The position numbers and the translations under genes were made by a program. From positions 186,001-250,000 of the forward strand of contig OZ287705.1 in assembly GCA_965649825.1 (NCBI GenBank): a stretch of DNA of 64,000 nt. Reading direction: 5' to 3'. Below the pieces are notes generated by a model, which was not told where the DNA came from, did not search any database, and saw only the letters and a list, made by a program, of their open reading frames with translations. Source of the DNA: Penicillus capitatus. Lineage: Eukaryota; Plantae; Chlorophyta. This document shows, piece after piece, positions 50,614 to 62,493 of the stretch; within the stretch, counting starts at the first letter, position 1; each line of letters begins with the position of its first letter.

Positions 50614-52815
50614 ATGACGCGCGCGTCCGACAAGAGCAAAAATGCAATTGTCGGTGAAGAGCAGCGGTCCACGTCTCCATCGCTGTATCGCGAACATCTC
50701 AGCGAGAATACCTCCGGCAGTACCTCACAGTGTCGCTGGACAGAGAGCCCCGGCGAAATTTGCGATGCATCGGAGAGAGGGGCCTGCGAATGTCCAGCCG
50801 TTCCCATACGATCGTGGATGGACAGCAGCCGAACGCCGGAAAGGCATCGCTCTCTTCCAGCGCGTTGCGATGGCGCGCTCTTCGATGCCGAAGACGCCGC
50901 CGGCAGCACGGGTCCGGCCGATATCCGCATCGCCCTTGCCGCGAATTCGGCGCTGCGCCGAGCGACGGATATGCGCAAAGTGGGTGGTCTCTCTCGAGCG
51001 CTCGTCCAAAACGAAAGACGCTTAGATCTGCGTGGCGCCGCCGACGAGCTTTGCGCATCGAGAGGAAAACCAACCGGCCATTGAGGATGCGGATCTGCCG
51101 CGAATCTTGGTCGATGGATTTGTCCTTGCCAACCGGTAAGGTCGCCCTCTGTGCCGATCGCTCTCATGGTGTCCTGCGGCGAAGCTATATCCTAAAGAGC
51201 GAGAGGGTCGGCGGTCGACGGATGTGTCGTTTGGCAGACGATCGATTCACTGGACAGATCGTTTTCCTGAAATTCTATCCGCGATTCTCCACGATTTACC
51301 GCCATGCGGCACGATTGCATCGACGGCTGCAGAAGAGCCGGGCCGTTTGCGAGTAAAGCCTCATCGCTGAGATGCCGCGCGAATCTGCGCCGTTGTGTAG
51401 ACTCATCGAAATCTTGCCGAATTCGAACGGCCTCCCGCCGTGCCTCGTTTTCCAAGCCGGGACCTTTACGCTGGCGCGAAGACTCGAAAAGAAAGCACTC
51501 TCGATCACCAAACAACAAGATATCTTGCATTCGGTGAGGCCCTCCGTTTCGGTAATCGAAATGCCGTTCCCGTGCGTTTGGCAGATGCTGCAGGTGCTCT
51601 GTGAGCTGCACGGTCAGGATGTAGTGCACGGCCATGTGGACACGCATCACGTGATGTGGTTCGACACCGATTTCTGTTGGAAGCTCGTCGATCTCGATAC
51701 GGCTTCGATCGTCGGCGATCCCGTTCCGATTCATCGTATCACTTCCCGTCGACACGCAGCGCCCGAGATTCAAGACGCGATGGAGGGCGGCGATTCGAAA
51801 AATACACCGTCGGACGCATCGTCGGATATGTGGTCCTTCGGTATGGTCGCCTTTCAGATTCTGACAGGTGATCGTCTGGATCGTCCTTGATCCGAAAGGC
51901 AGGCGTTTTTAGGCACCGCTGCGTTTGACGTGGTATGTGTGAAGCATCACATCGATCGGGAGCGTCTTTGGATCGAAGAAGGACACTACGGGCGTGATCA
52001 CCTATTGGATTTCGATTCCGATTCTCAGTTGTTCAAATCGGCCAAACAACGTCTACAGGAGTTTGAATTCATCTCTCGACTCATGGCAGAATTTCCAACG
52101 CAGCGCACAACCGCGGTGCAGGCGCTCAGAGCGGCACGTTTTGAAATAACGCCGAAGAAGAAGACTCCGGAAAAAGCGCTCGAAGACGTGAGTACCGTCA
52201 CATCATTGCGCAACGTTATCGTGATGTTTACAGTTTCTCATGGGTCGAGGAAGGCCAGAGGATGTCGCTCTGAGCAAAGGGGCCCTGTGCCGGGCAGTCA
52301 CCTGTCATCTCGTTCTCTCCGTCGCCATCGAGCGCTTTGCCCGAAAACAAAACCCAAAAGCGGCATTTCATGAGAAAAGCGCCATGAAGATGAAGCACGT
52401 TTCCGCTAGAGGTCGAACGACGGACCCGGTGTATGCGCTGACAGTGGGCGAGGCATTTCGCGTTTGCATTTCGATCGGACGCGACGCGCGTCTTCGCCTC
52501 CCGTTCGAAGCGATCACTTCCGTAACCGTCGCCGTTTCATCGGACAACCAAAGCCACTCCCTTGATATCTGGCAACGAAATCAAGGCGACACACTCGATG
52601 CGCTCGCATTGATCGATCCTTCGAGAATCCCATCGGATCGATTGATCCGACCATGTGCAATTTTCGGATCGACGGACGTTAAATACGTGAAGCTCGAATT
52701 TCGTGTGACGCTTCGCCTGGGTGGCGATTTTCCTTATGACATTGACATGTTCCCCATCGCACTTCTTCGACTCAAGCGCCGGCTGAAATGTCGGAACTGT
52801 CTGGCAAGGGGATAG
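50614..52815 (+). CDS. Pseudokinase plus shared C-terminal domain (PK2)
   Basis: VFLKFY, LPPCLVFQAG, VVHGHVDTHHVMW, WKLVDLD, AAPE, SDMWSFGMVAFQILT; C-terminal ORF 52240..52815. Start at 50614 is inferred through in-phase introns. Confidence 0.82.
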
Positions 52816-53299
52816 AGTGAAGGACCTTAATTTCAATGCACGTCTAACGGACGCCTTAATCATGATCTTTCTTGTTTCAATAGATAAAGAACGTCGACTC
52901 TGCGTTCGATGTGAATTTGTATGAGAAAGCCCTTCCACCATAAACCCGATCGCTCTCGAACGGCGCCCAATGAGGGTTGTTTGTCTTTCTCTTTTGCGTT
53001 ATCCATTCAGCGTCGCTCTCGAAGAAACGAGAGAATAAGGCAGTAGTGACACGATTGAAGACGGCGAGATCTCAAATCCGTGTTCACCCACCCACACACC
53101 TCTGTGGAATTTTTGTTTCGACATTCCTTCGTTTGGACGCAGAGTTTGTGTACAGAAATCGGCGCTTGACGTATGACATTTCATTCTTCGGTGCTTCATC
53201 GTATGCATTCATTTCAACAAGCTGGAGCATGCATGTGGCAGAGATGCTTGTCATTGAAGGAACACTGGTCCGATAGTGCATTTAAACGCCTGTGTATTC

Positions 53300-53434
53300 G
53301 ATCGCATCATCGCATCTATCGTCGATCGTCGATCGCATCATCGCATCTATCGTCGATCGTCGATCGCATCATCGCATCTATCGTCGATCGCATCATCGCA
53401 TCTATCGTCGATCGTCGATCGCATCATCGCATCT
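53300..53434. repeat. Minisatellite, 31-bp unit GATCGCATCATCGCATCTATCGTCGATCGTC (31, 31, 24, 31, partial 18)
   Basis: Read directly; units are contiguous with no spacers. Confidence 0.95.
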
Positions 53435-53820
53435 CTTCGATTGGTGACTCTTGGCGATTCGAAAGAACACGATCGCTTCGTCACGCCAATTAAAGGCAGC
53501 TGAAAGCTACGTTAAAGAGACGGCCGGAGCCAGTCCCTTCCGTACAAAAGAAGTGTGCTTTTTGATAGCGAACATTCTGCCATCCCCTGGTGTGAAAAGG
53601 GAAGAAAGCATCCCTCCCTCCGTTGGGTAGAAATCTTGACTTCATCTAAAGAATCGTCAAAAAAACTAAACAATAAAGACCCATCCAAATTGCACAACAA
53701 TTGACTGGCCGTTGTGATCGGACTCGAAAAGAGCCAGCTCCCCAGCCCTCTTGCAGATGGTTTGTCTCGGAGGACATGTCTCGAGTCGAGGCCCCAACAC
53801 ATCATTCAAACAAAACTCAA

Positions 53821-54590
53821 TCAAGCATACACATCATGATCCTTCTGATTCTCAAACACACGCAGCATTCGACACAAACGCAGTTTGCTGTGAGGATGCA
53901 CCACTTTACAGTAGACCGAATGATACAGATCCACTGCTCGACAGAACGGCACATCCAGAAGAATGCTCACCCGCAATGTCAGTTTCACATACGTGCGCTG
54001 TGGCCCAGCAAAGAAGGGAGAAACCGCATGGAGCTCTTTGGAAGGCAACTCCGATGGTTTCAACAGAGCCATGACCTCGACCGTCTCCCCCTTGCGATTC
54101 AGCACCATCTCAAGTGGCACAAACCCTTGACCCGGTGGCTTCACCGAGAAGGACAGGACATTGTGAACCGTAAAGGGCAGATCTCTGTCTGGCGTGATGC
54201 GCAGACACAGTCGTGCGTCCTGTTCGAGACGCAGCACGTGGACGGGATCATCCGGCAAGGAATTGCCATAAAATCTCAGCGCTTCTTGAGCTCTTCTCTG
54301 GTGAAAAGGCGTCGAGGCGTGGCTCGATTTCAGAAAGCACTCCACCAGGAGCTCCACCGAAACGTGGTCCGTCAATATCCGCGGCCACGTCCACTCTGGC
54401 CAATACAACAGGTCAGCCGGCTTCGATGCGCCCTCTTCCGACGACTACGCACAAATCGTGCCGTCAGCTGTCGACCGAGCCCTCGGGGCTGTACCGATTT
54501 GAAGCTCTCGATGCGCTGAATGCAGCCTGAGTGCCGCTCTGCACACCAACGTCCCTCTGTGGTGGACGTAGGCAGGAAGGTGGAAGGCAT
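53821..54590 (-). CDS. Stand-alone shared-domain protein (D2)
   Basis: Exon 1 MPSTFLPTS...SFKS plus a phase-0 intron joins ORF 53821..54408: TPFHQRR, PVHVLRL, ALLKPSEL, TYVKLTLRV, LYHSVYCKV. Confidence 0.75.
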
Positions 54591-55131
54591 TACTTGCCGA
54601 AGGAGGCGTCTGGCTCATGACAGCACTTTAGGTGACGCAGCGACGACAACGGCAACCTTGCACCGAAAACGAACGCCGTTCCAAGTGCGTTGAACGGAGA
54701 CGTATCAAAAAAGAAATGCAGCAATCGGTCCTTTGCTGGACCTCGGGATATCGAGGCACATTCTGAGGACCGTATGTATGGACGATGACATGCATACGAC
54801 GGAAACGCAACGCTCGAGGCATCGCGAAGCTCGGCCGTCCGTTTCGAGACAGCTGCTGAATCTGTTGCCTTGCATCACAGATGCGCGCCGTGCGCAGCGT
54901 CCGAAGCGACCGTGCGGGTCCTGTGCATCTCTGACCCGTTCCCCCTCGACGGTACGACACCTTCCGTCCATCGCTACGTGTCCGCGCAAGGGCGAAGCGT
55001 CAGGCGGTACATAGTCTAGGCGATCGCGTTATTTACAACTCCTATCCGCTTCCGTCACACACGAGGCGTCATCACACGTCCCTATCCCTGATCGCATTGA
55101 CTGAAAGGGTACGACATAGGGTTTGACGATT

Positions 55132-56009
55132 CTATGCTTGGGATCGTGTCTCAAACGTCACGTCGGTCTCGCCGCACATCCAGTCAGACAGTGGACCTCT
55201 TGGCAACGCGTTCCGTCGCTGCCCAGCTGAAGAAGACAGGCAGGAACGCCAGCTCTGGGGCATTTGGGTCCATGCACAGAATCCCATGTGCCGAATGAAG
55301 TGACCGCACATCGGTGTATACGGATGAAGGAGACGCCATGTGACGGTGCCTCTGGCAACGAGCATGCTGTCGCTGACGTCTGGGAGCTTCATGTAAGTGC
55401 ACAGCTGAAAGGTGAAGTCGCGGCGCTTCGGCTTCATCGATCTGTTGGTCGATGGCTCATCTGCAGCTATGCCTCGCAGCGCCTCTCCTGGCAGGAACGC
55501 ATTCAATCTCAATGGCCATTTCTGTCGTGACGTATTTGCGACGCGAATATCGAGAGGCAGACGCTTCTGGGTTGATGGATGGAAGACTTGTACAGCGATG
55601 CTGTCATCCAGCACAAGGCCGCAACTGGCACACTCCATCACGATTCTGAACCGGCAGTGCTGGCCTTCCCTCGATCCATAGACAGGCGGTCTCCCATTCG
55701 CATCGCCAGCCTTGAAGACGTAGACGGCTTTTCCTCTGGCCGACTTCAGCGCAGCGTCAGGAGAAATGTGTCCAGCGATACGATCCGCGGTGAAATGCAC
55801 TTTGATGGCTGACGTCACCAGCGATGTGAAAGATGAAGGGCATCCGTGTGGAGGCTGAGAAATCTGCCCACACAGAAAGAAGCTGAGATGCGATGCTGGA
55901 AACAGAGGCATACTATTGCTGATGCCAAGCAGCGCGATCCTTCCTCATCGACATCTGTTTCTAGCATCTCATCCAGCTGCCTGCGATCGAGACTTGTTGA
56001 GGATGCCAT
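55132..56009 (-). CDS. Stand-alone shared-domain protein, divergent (D3)
   Basis: Exon 1 MASSTSLDRR...ASAI plus a phase-0 intron joins ORF 55132..55911: PVYGSREGQHCRFRIV, LPLDIRV, and a C-terminal tail resembling that of D1. Confidence 0.65.
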
Positions 56010-56206
56010 GGACGTGGTCTCCGAAGAACGGTAATGAATTATTGCGCGAGTAATTTATTCTCACTCTTTTGTCAATAGCCTCTTGGTGCCTATCACACAG
56101 AAAAACAGCCATCGCGAGGGCATCCATCCTCCCTAACAGACGGTTACTTTGTTGAGCGACTTCGGCTACGGTTGTGTGAACGGGGGAAGGAATCTTGAGA
56201 AATAGT

Positions 56207-56934
56207 TCACTGCCGAGTGAGGAGCTCTATTGTCTCAGAGAATTCCCTCGTGTAATGTCGACGGCTGACGACGGACTGATACAAGTATGTATCGCTTTGC
56301 AGAAAACGAAGCAAACGGGTCGTGCCGTATCCACAGAGGAGGTACTGGTCTAAGAAACGCGAAACGCGTATGAGCTGAAGACCATGCACTGTCGTCCTTC
56401 CAATGGACCTTAAAAGTGTCGAAGCGGTTTGGCTTGGAGTGCTTTCGACGACTCTTCAGTCGTCGACTGCCTGCCAAAAGACAAACGGGATATTGCAGTG
56501 CGCGTTTTTTCATAGCAGCATAAATGGCGACCAATAAATAGGGTTTCCAGCTTCCTAATACCAATGAAATCAATGAAAAATGAGACGGCGTTAGAAGTTT
56601 AAAGGAATTTGTGAAACGAACGCATGTGCTGCGTTGCTTAACCTGCATCGTCCGAGACGCCAAAGGACTTTCACTTTGACACCAGAGAGGCGAAGTTTCC
56701 ATGATGTGACGGCAGGAACCCACCCATCCTTTTACGTTACACGCAGAAGCCGGCAAGCCACGTCAGCGATTCTCGCACACTTCTCATAGGAAAACCAGTG
56801 AGTGATACGGACAAAGCCAGTAACGACAGCATTGCTCTGACGGCGCCGCCGCCTTTCGTGTTATGCCGAATCAGATTTGCCTCACCGTTTACGAAGGCGA
56901 AAAGCGCCGTCCATGTGTACAAGACCAAACCCAT
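56207..56934 (-). CDS. Possible small multi-exon gene with a signal-peptide-like N-terminus, function unknown
   Basis: ATG 56934 MGLVLYTWTALFAFVNGEA; several GT..AG pairs link ORF pieces to 56207..56389. No recognisable homology. Confidence 0.25.
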
Positions 56935-57094
56935 GACGTAACGACCTTTGTTGACGTGACGGCGGGAATATTTTCTGACGTGTCATGATACTTAATGCTG
57001 AAGAAGTCAGCTGGGATTTTGTTTTATCATTAGGGAGGCGGTGTACTGCTTTCATAGAGTAGTAGACTTTGTTGCACGACGACGCGCATATCTA

Positions 57095-58845
57095 ATGACG
57101 ACGGCGTTTAGAGGTGATAACATTATGCGAGGCTTGGAAGCACTTCGCAACGGCGTTGTATACGCTAACAAGTGAGCGCCGGTTAGACGCTGACCCGTAG
57201 GCACGTTTCCGACCCGCAGATATAAGATAAAAGGCGTTTCTGGGAGCCGACGTCATCGCCTCCTTGCAGTGGATAGACAAACGCGTCGCAATGTCGAGCT
57301 CACTTTTATCGCCCGTGGCTCGCCACATTTTCGACAAGCTTGCCGTATGCAACGCGCGCTCAGAAACAGCCCAAGCGTCTATAGGTCATACATACGCATT
57401 CTTTCCGACCCAACGACTGAACGCCGCCTCGTCTGTCGGCAGAATGGTCGAGACCATCGAGAGCTTTGAATCGTTCCCGTCTTGCCTTGTGACGGAACGT
57501 GGCGATCGGACACTCGAAGACATCCTACCAACACAAACAATGTCCGAGATAGAGATGAAAGCTGCTGCCTATTCGGTTCGCCATCGGTCCCTCCCCACGA
57601 CAAATAATCATTTCGATGGTGTTCTAGATGCTGCTCGCCCTCGAAGATATTCACCTCAGAGGCATCGCGCACGGAAATCTAACACTATCGAGTTTTGTTT
57701 GGTCCAATGATGATTACCGCTGGAAACTCGCCGGATTAGAGTATGCGTCGTACAACGGCGAACCGAGTGTTCCGCCCGCCGCCAACCCATACACCAGTCC
57801 AGAACTGGCGGCGGCTATTGCCACGCAAAGACACAACGTTATCGAAATAGACTCATCCACCGACATTTGGTCGATGGGGAAAATCATCCTCAAGATTTTT
57901 CACAACGGTAGGTGCATTTCTAGCCGTGCGTAAAATAAACGTGTCCCGTATGTAGAGAACGATCATTTCACTGTAGGCAGACAAAGTAGTTTGAGAGATA
58001 CCGATCAGCGAGATGCGTTTCGTTCCTCCGCCATCGATCGATCGATCTCGAGATTATCATATGCTAATGAACGACCTATACATCGCTTCATCCGTTCCTT
58101 CCTAACCGTCGAACCATGGCGGCGCATCACTGCCACGCAAGCACTGGACAACATCTTTTTCTGTCCGGGAGGCCATACAGATTCCATTTTTGAAGCCGAG
58201 CGTCGAGTGATGTCCTTTCTGATATCGCCAGATGCTGGACAGTATCTTTTTGACGTGACCTTTGCACTGGAGGACACGTTTTCCAATGATCATCTCGCTC
58301 TGCCATTCTCCGTCAGAAGAGATGGCGGCATACCATCGACGGAACACTCGATCCCCACCCTTCGCATCCATCCCGACGATTCAAGACGGCTCCGCATCGA
58401 CGTCACTGGACATCCAGCAATGCGCCAGTCGATATGGTCTGTTCAGCAGCTAAGCATCGAGATACCAGCGGGTACTGCTATCTCCCTGCCTTTTGAGCAG
58501 CGACGCTTAGATACGAAGATCGAAGTGCTGGCACGCCTATCAGATGTGATCGCGTTTCTGAATACCGTTCCCGGGGCAGATCACGGCCAACCGAGACATC
58601 TGATCGAAGTGGAAGTCCGTATCCGCATTGCTATGGACGACGCATCGCGCCGCCAAATGACCATCGCTGCACCGCTGCTGCTCGCAACCGTCCGGGGGAG
58701 AAGAAGCCGGGTGCTGAGTACACTCCGTCTGCTGTGGCGCCATCTCCAATCGCGTCTCCCCCAGTCATCGCGAACGATATTCCGTCGCATGTTGTTTCTT
58801 GTCCCCAAGAAGAGAACGCCAACGCGTGACGTCTCCACTGTCTAA
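57095..58845 (+). CDS. Pseudokinase plus shared C-terminal domain, divergent (PK3)
   Basis: ATG 57095; NGVVYANK-intron-YKIKG, VELTF, FPSCLVTERG, IAHGNLTLSSFVW, WKLAGLE, YTSPE, TDIWSMG; C-terminal ORF 57991..58845. Confidence 0.82.
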
Positions 58846-59601
58846 ACATCTGTGCGATGGAGACGCTCGAATCACCTCATCCATCATCTGACTGCAATAT
58901 TCACACGCTCTTTGTCAACGGACGCACTATCCTCCTGGAAAAACAAGAAGACATGGCCAATCGAAAATGTATGTCTTTCTCCTCAAGTCCTCGCTTTCTG
59001 TGCTTCTCTGGATCGTCGTCTTCGACGATCGAGACGATGCCATCGCAATTTCCATTCGTGGAAAGAATTTCATTGCTTTGTGGTAGACACCTAGCTCGCA
59101 GTATCATTATTCCAGGGCAGTAGATACCTAGCGTTCAGCATCATTGTTTCAGGGCATTTTGTTAACGGGTAGTGGTGCTCCGTACGGACGCATCGTAGCC
59201 CAGCAACCTTACAGCACCGTTAGTACCATAGATGATGCTTATTTGTTAATGAGCTTTATGAAGTCATCGGAAACTCATATCTGTCATTATTTGGGTGTGA
59301 TTTCTTTCATCTGTTACGGTTGGGATTAAAATGTGTGATTTGGACAGAATGTATGTTTGACATATGGGCAGCATTTCAGAACGTTGAGCGATGAGCAAGA
59401 GGCACGAACACGCGTCGTCGATCGCGAGCGATCTCATCGCGTTACGATCTGTCGAGGTATCACGATCGTAGCCTTCCATGCCGATTCCGGATCGGATCAT
59501 CGAGAGATCTCCATCCCAACCGTATGCGTTACAGCCTGCACCATGGATCACCGTTGTGATGTGACAGGTAGGTTGGCCGCGACAGCATCAGAACGGCATT
59601 C

Positions 59602-61658
59602 ATGAGCTACCTAGATGACCATTCGCAGCCGATCGCGTCAGACAACCACCACCACAAGTGCACGTGTCCCTCTGGACCGTTTCGACGCCATGCAAGGAAC
59701 CACCACTGTGGTCAACGTAAGAGACGACAAGGTGCCTTTCGCTCCCGGCATCCTCTCCATACCATCCAAGACGCACAGAGTCGACGACGCACGGCGCCGC
59801 ACGACGTCGATGCCAACGCCCATCAACCGACAGCGGCGGAATCTCCCGACGATACCGGCCCACAAGACGACGTCGTCTTCGCCGAAAGGTCCTCCCACTC
59901 ATTTCCTCGACGCATCTCCCCATCCGCCGCCAGATATCTCATCGAAAGACACGCGCTCGTCCATGCCGATCATGGCCTCTACGCAAACGATCTCTCTACA
60001 GGCCAGCCCGTCGTTTTGAGATTCTGCTCGCGTTGTTCATCGCTGTTTGAACGCATTCCCAGAATGTGTCATGAACTGGCAGAGTGCAGATACATCTGCA
60101 AGTGAGGCATCGAGCAGCCAGTGTGAGTGAACGAAGGGATGGTGCGTTTTCGGCAGACTGATCGATAGCCTTCCGGCGACGGATCGCCTTCCTCCGTGCT
60201 TTGTCTTCGAAGACGGATCGCGGACATTGGCGCAGAGGCTCGAAGGCGAAGCGATGTCTCCCATCGAGCAACGCACCACGGCGTATTCGGTAGGTCATCG
60301 GCATCGGACGGGATGCGACGCACGGCGGCGGGTTTGTAGATTCTGGAAGCGCTGTGCGATCTGCATCAGCGAGGGTTCGTACATAGCAACCTCCATCCAT
60401 CGAACGTCGTCTGGTCATCGACGGATCACTGCTGGAAGTTGGCCGATATCGATTTCGCCACGAGAATCGGCGATCCGATCGCCGTCGATCAGCGGAGGGC
60501 CATACGCTATACGGCGCCAGAAATTCAGCAGCTTCTTGACGATCCCGCCACGTCCACGCCAGCGGAAGCGTCCGCCGATATGTGGTCCTTCGCCCTCATG
60601 GCCTTCGAAATCTTCACTGGTACGGACGAGACCTCTTCCAAACCATCCCCATCTCGTATCTCCATCATAGGGACGCGTATACTGGACGCAGCCTCGGTAA
60701 AGAGATACGTCACGGAACAACGGGAATTGCTGGCAGAACAGATACAGCGAGACGTCCTGTTGGATATCGTCACCTCTCACAGAATCATCAAACCTGCTCG
60801 TCAGCGTCTGCGCGAGGCCGATCTCATACTCCAGCTATTGTCTAACCGTCGCCACGAACGCCCTTCGGCTCAGCTGGCACTCAAGTCGGATGTCTTCGGA
60901 GATGATGCCGCGTCGAAAGATCCCATGCAGGAACTGGAAGACGTATGCTCTCTCGCACGGACGGTCCAGTATCGATCGTCTTTGCATAGTTCTTTAGAGG
61001 AGAGGGATCGCTGAGTTGCGAGAAGAGTGGACTGGAGAAGTGGATCGTCTGCCACGTGGCGTTCAGTCGGTTGGATGTGGCCGTCGATGTCCAGCGCTTT
61101 GCTCAGCGCGCCCTTCCCGACGTGGCATTTCACAAACGCGAGCCCGTTAAGACGAAAAAATTCATCGATGATCATCTGCCGAGGTATCCGGTGCACATCG
61201 TTCCGACGGGAGAGTGTTTTCGATTGCACATTTCGATCGCTCGCGATCGGCATTTGCGTTTCCCGATCGACAAGATCCTAACCGTAGCACTGCAGCCGCC
61301 AGACGAAGCGGCAAAGCCTTTGGAATTCCATCAGCAGCGCGGAGGAGACCGATTGGATGCCGTAGCCCTCGTCGATCCTTCCAGATTCCAATCGCAGCGA
61401 CTGAACACCAAAGGCCCAATTTTTGGCTTAGTGGATACAAAGTACGTGTACTTGACGATTCGTACGACGTTTCGCCTAGGCGACGGATTTCCGTACGATC
61501 TGGATGCCACTTCAACCATCTACCTGCAGCTAAAGCGTCGATCCGGACAGATCCGGGTCCTGAGACGACTGCAGGCAGGAATACAGGCACTTTATAGAGT
61601 GATGCAGCCGACGATCACGAAACGCACGCGGCGTTTTCCAGAGTACAGCAGCCAATGA
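59602..61658 (+). CDS. Pseudokinase plus shared C-terminal domain (PK4)
   Basis: VVLRF, LPPCFVFEDG, FVHSNLHPSNVVW, WKLADID, YTAPE, ADMWSFALMAFEIFT; C-terminal ORF 61056..61658, closest to PK2. Confidence 0.85.
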
Positions 61659-62493
61659 TGCGCTACGGTTATGATATCAGTGCTGTGCTGACAGATAAGG
61701 TTCGAAGACGTCACGCCTTCCCCACAGTAGTGGGCTGAGAGAGAGCGAGCTCTTCGACGGCATCCACGAAGCCGTTGGAATTTTGACCTTCGCCTGCGGC
61801 CAATAACGAAGGAGTTCCTGCCAATGTTTCGTGCATGCTCTTCAGCATCTCGTCGAAGCCTGCCTTCACTCGTTGCTAAACTTCAACAACGATCAGCCAG
61901 AATAACGATCGATTCGAGCGGCGTCCACACCCCTGGACATAACCGACCGATTACCGGCCATCAGCCGAGACGCGTAGAGAACCGTCCTTCCGTCCTTCCG
62001 TCTTCAAAATCCGTCTTGATTTATGATTACACACGTTTTGCCTTTGAACGTGTGCCACTTGTTCCATCAAACATCATTGCTGTTAGATTCTCTCCAGCTG
62101 TCTGTGCGCGCCGTTCGTTTTCTTCGCGTCGCAACGGGAAGTGCATTCAAGTGTCTGATGCAGAACTGCTGACTCTTTATGATAAACATCTAATCGGCCT
62201 CGCGTCACTGACGACATTGACCATGATGCATAGAGGGCTTATAGGGCTTCAGTACCACGAACAAGAAAACGACACAATACGTACAGGCGCCGACTACTGT
62301 TGATGTCATATGCCTTAAGAAATTGAGACAGGCAGCTGTGTCTTTGCCTTTTATCCTACTGCCGGCCAAAAGAGGAACGCCCCTGATGAGGGACCATGTT
62401 TTATAAAAAACATATCTGCCAGAAACCAAATAGGAGATCCGATGACGACGTGTCCCCCGTCAGAACAAGGATAAAGAATAACCGTCGCTGCTT

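Noticed and set aside
53300-53434. CRISPR array
   Set aside because: Units are contiguous with no unique spacers, no cas genes are present, and the context is eukaryotic.
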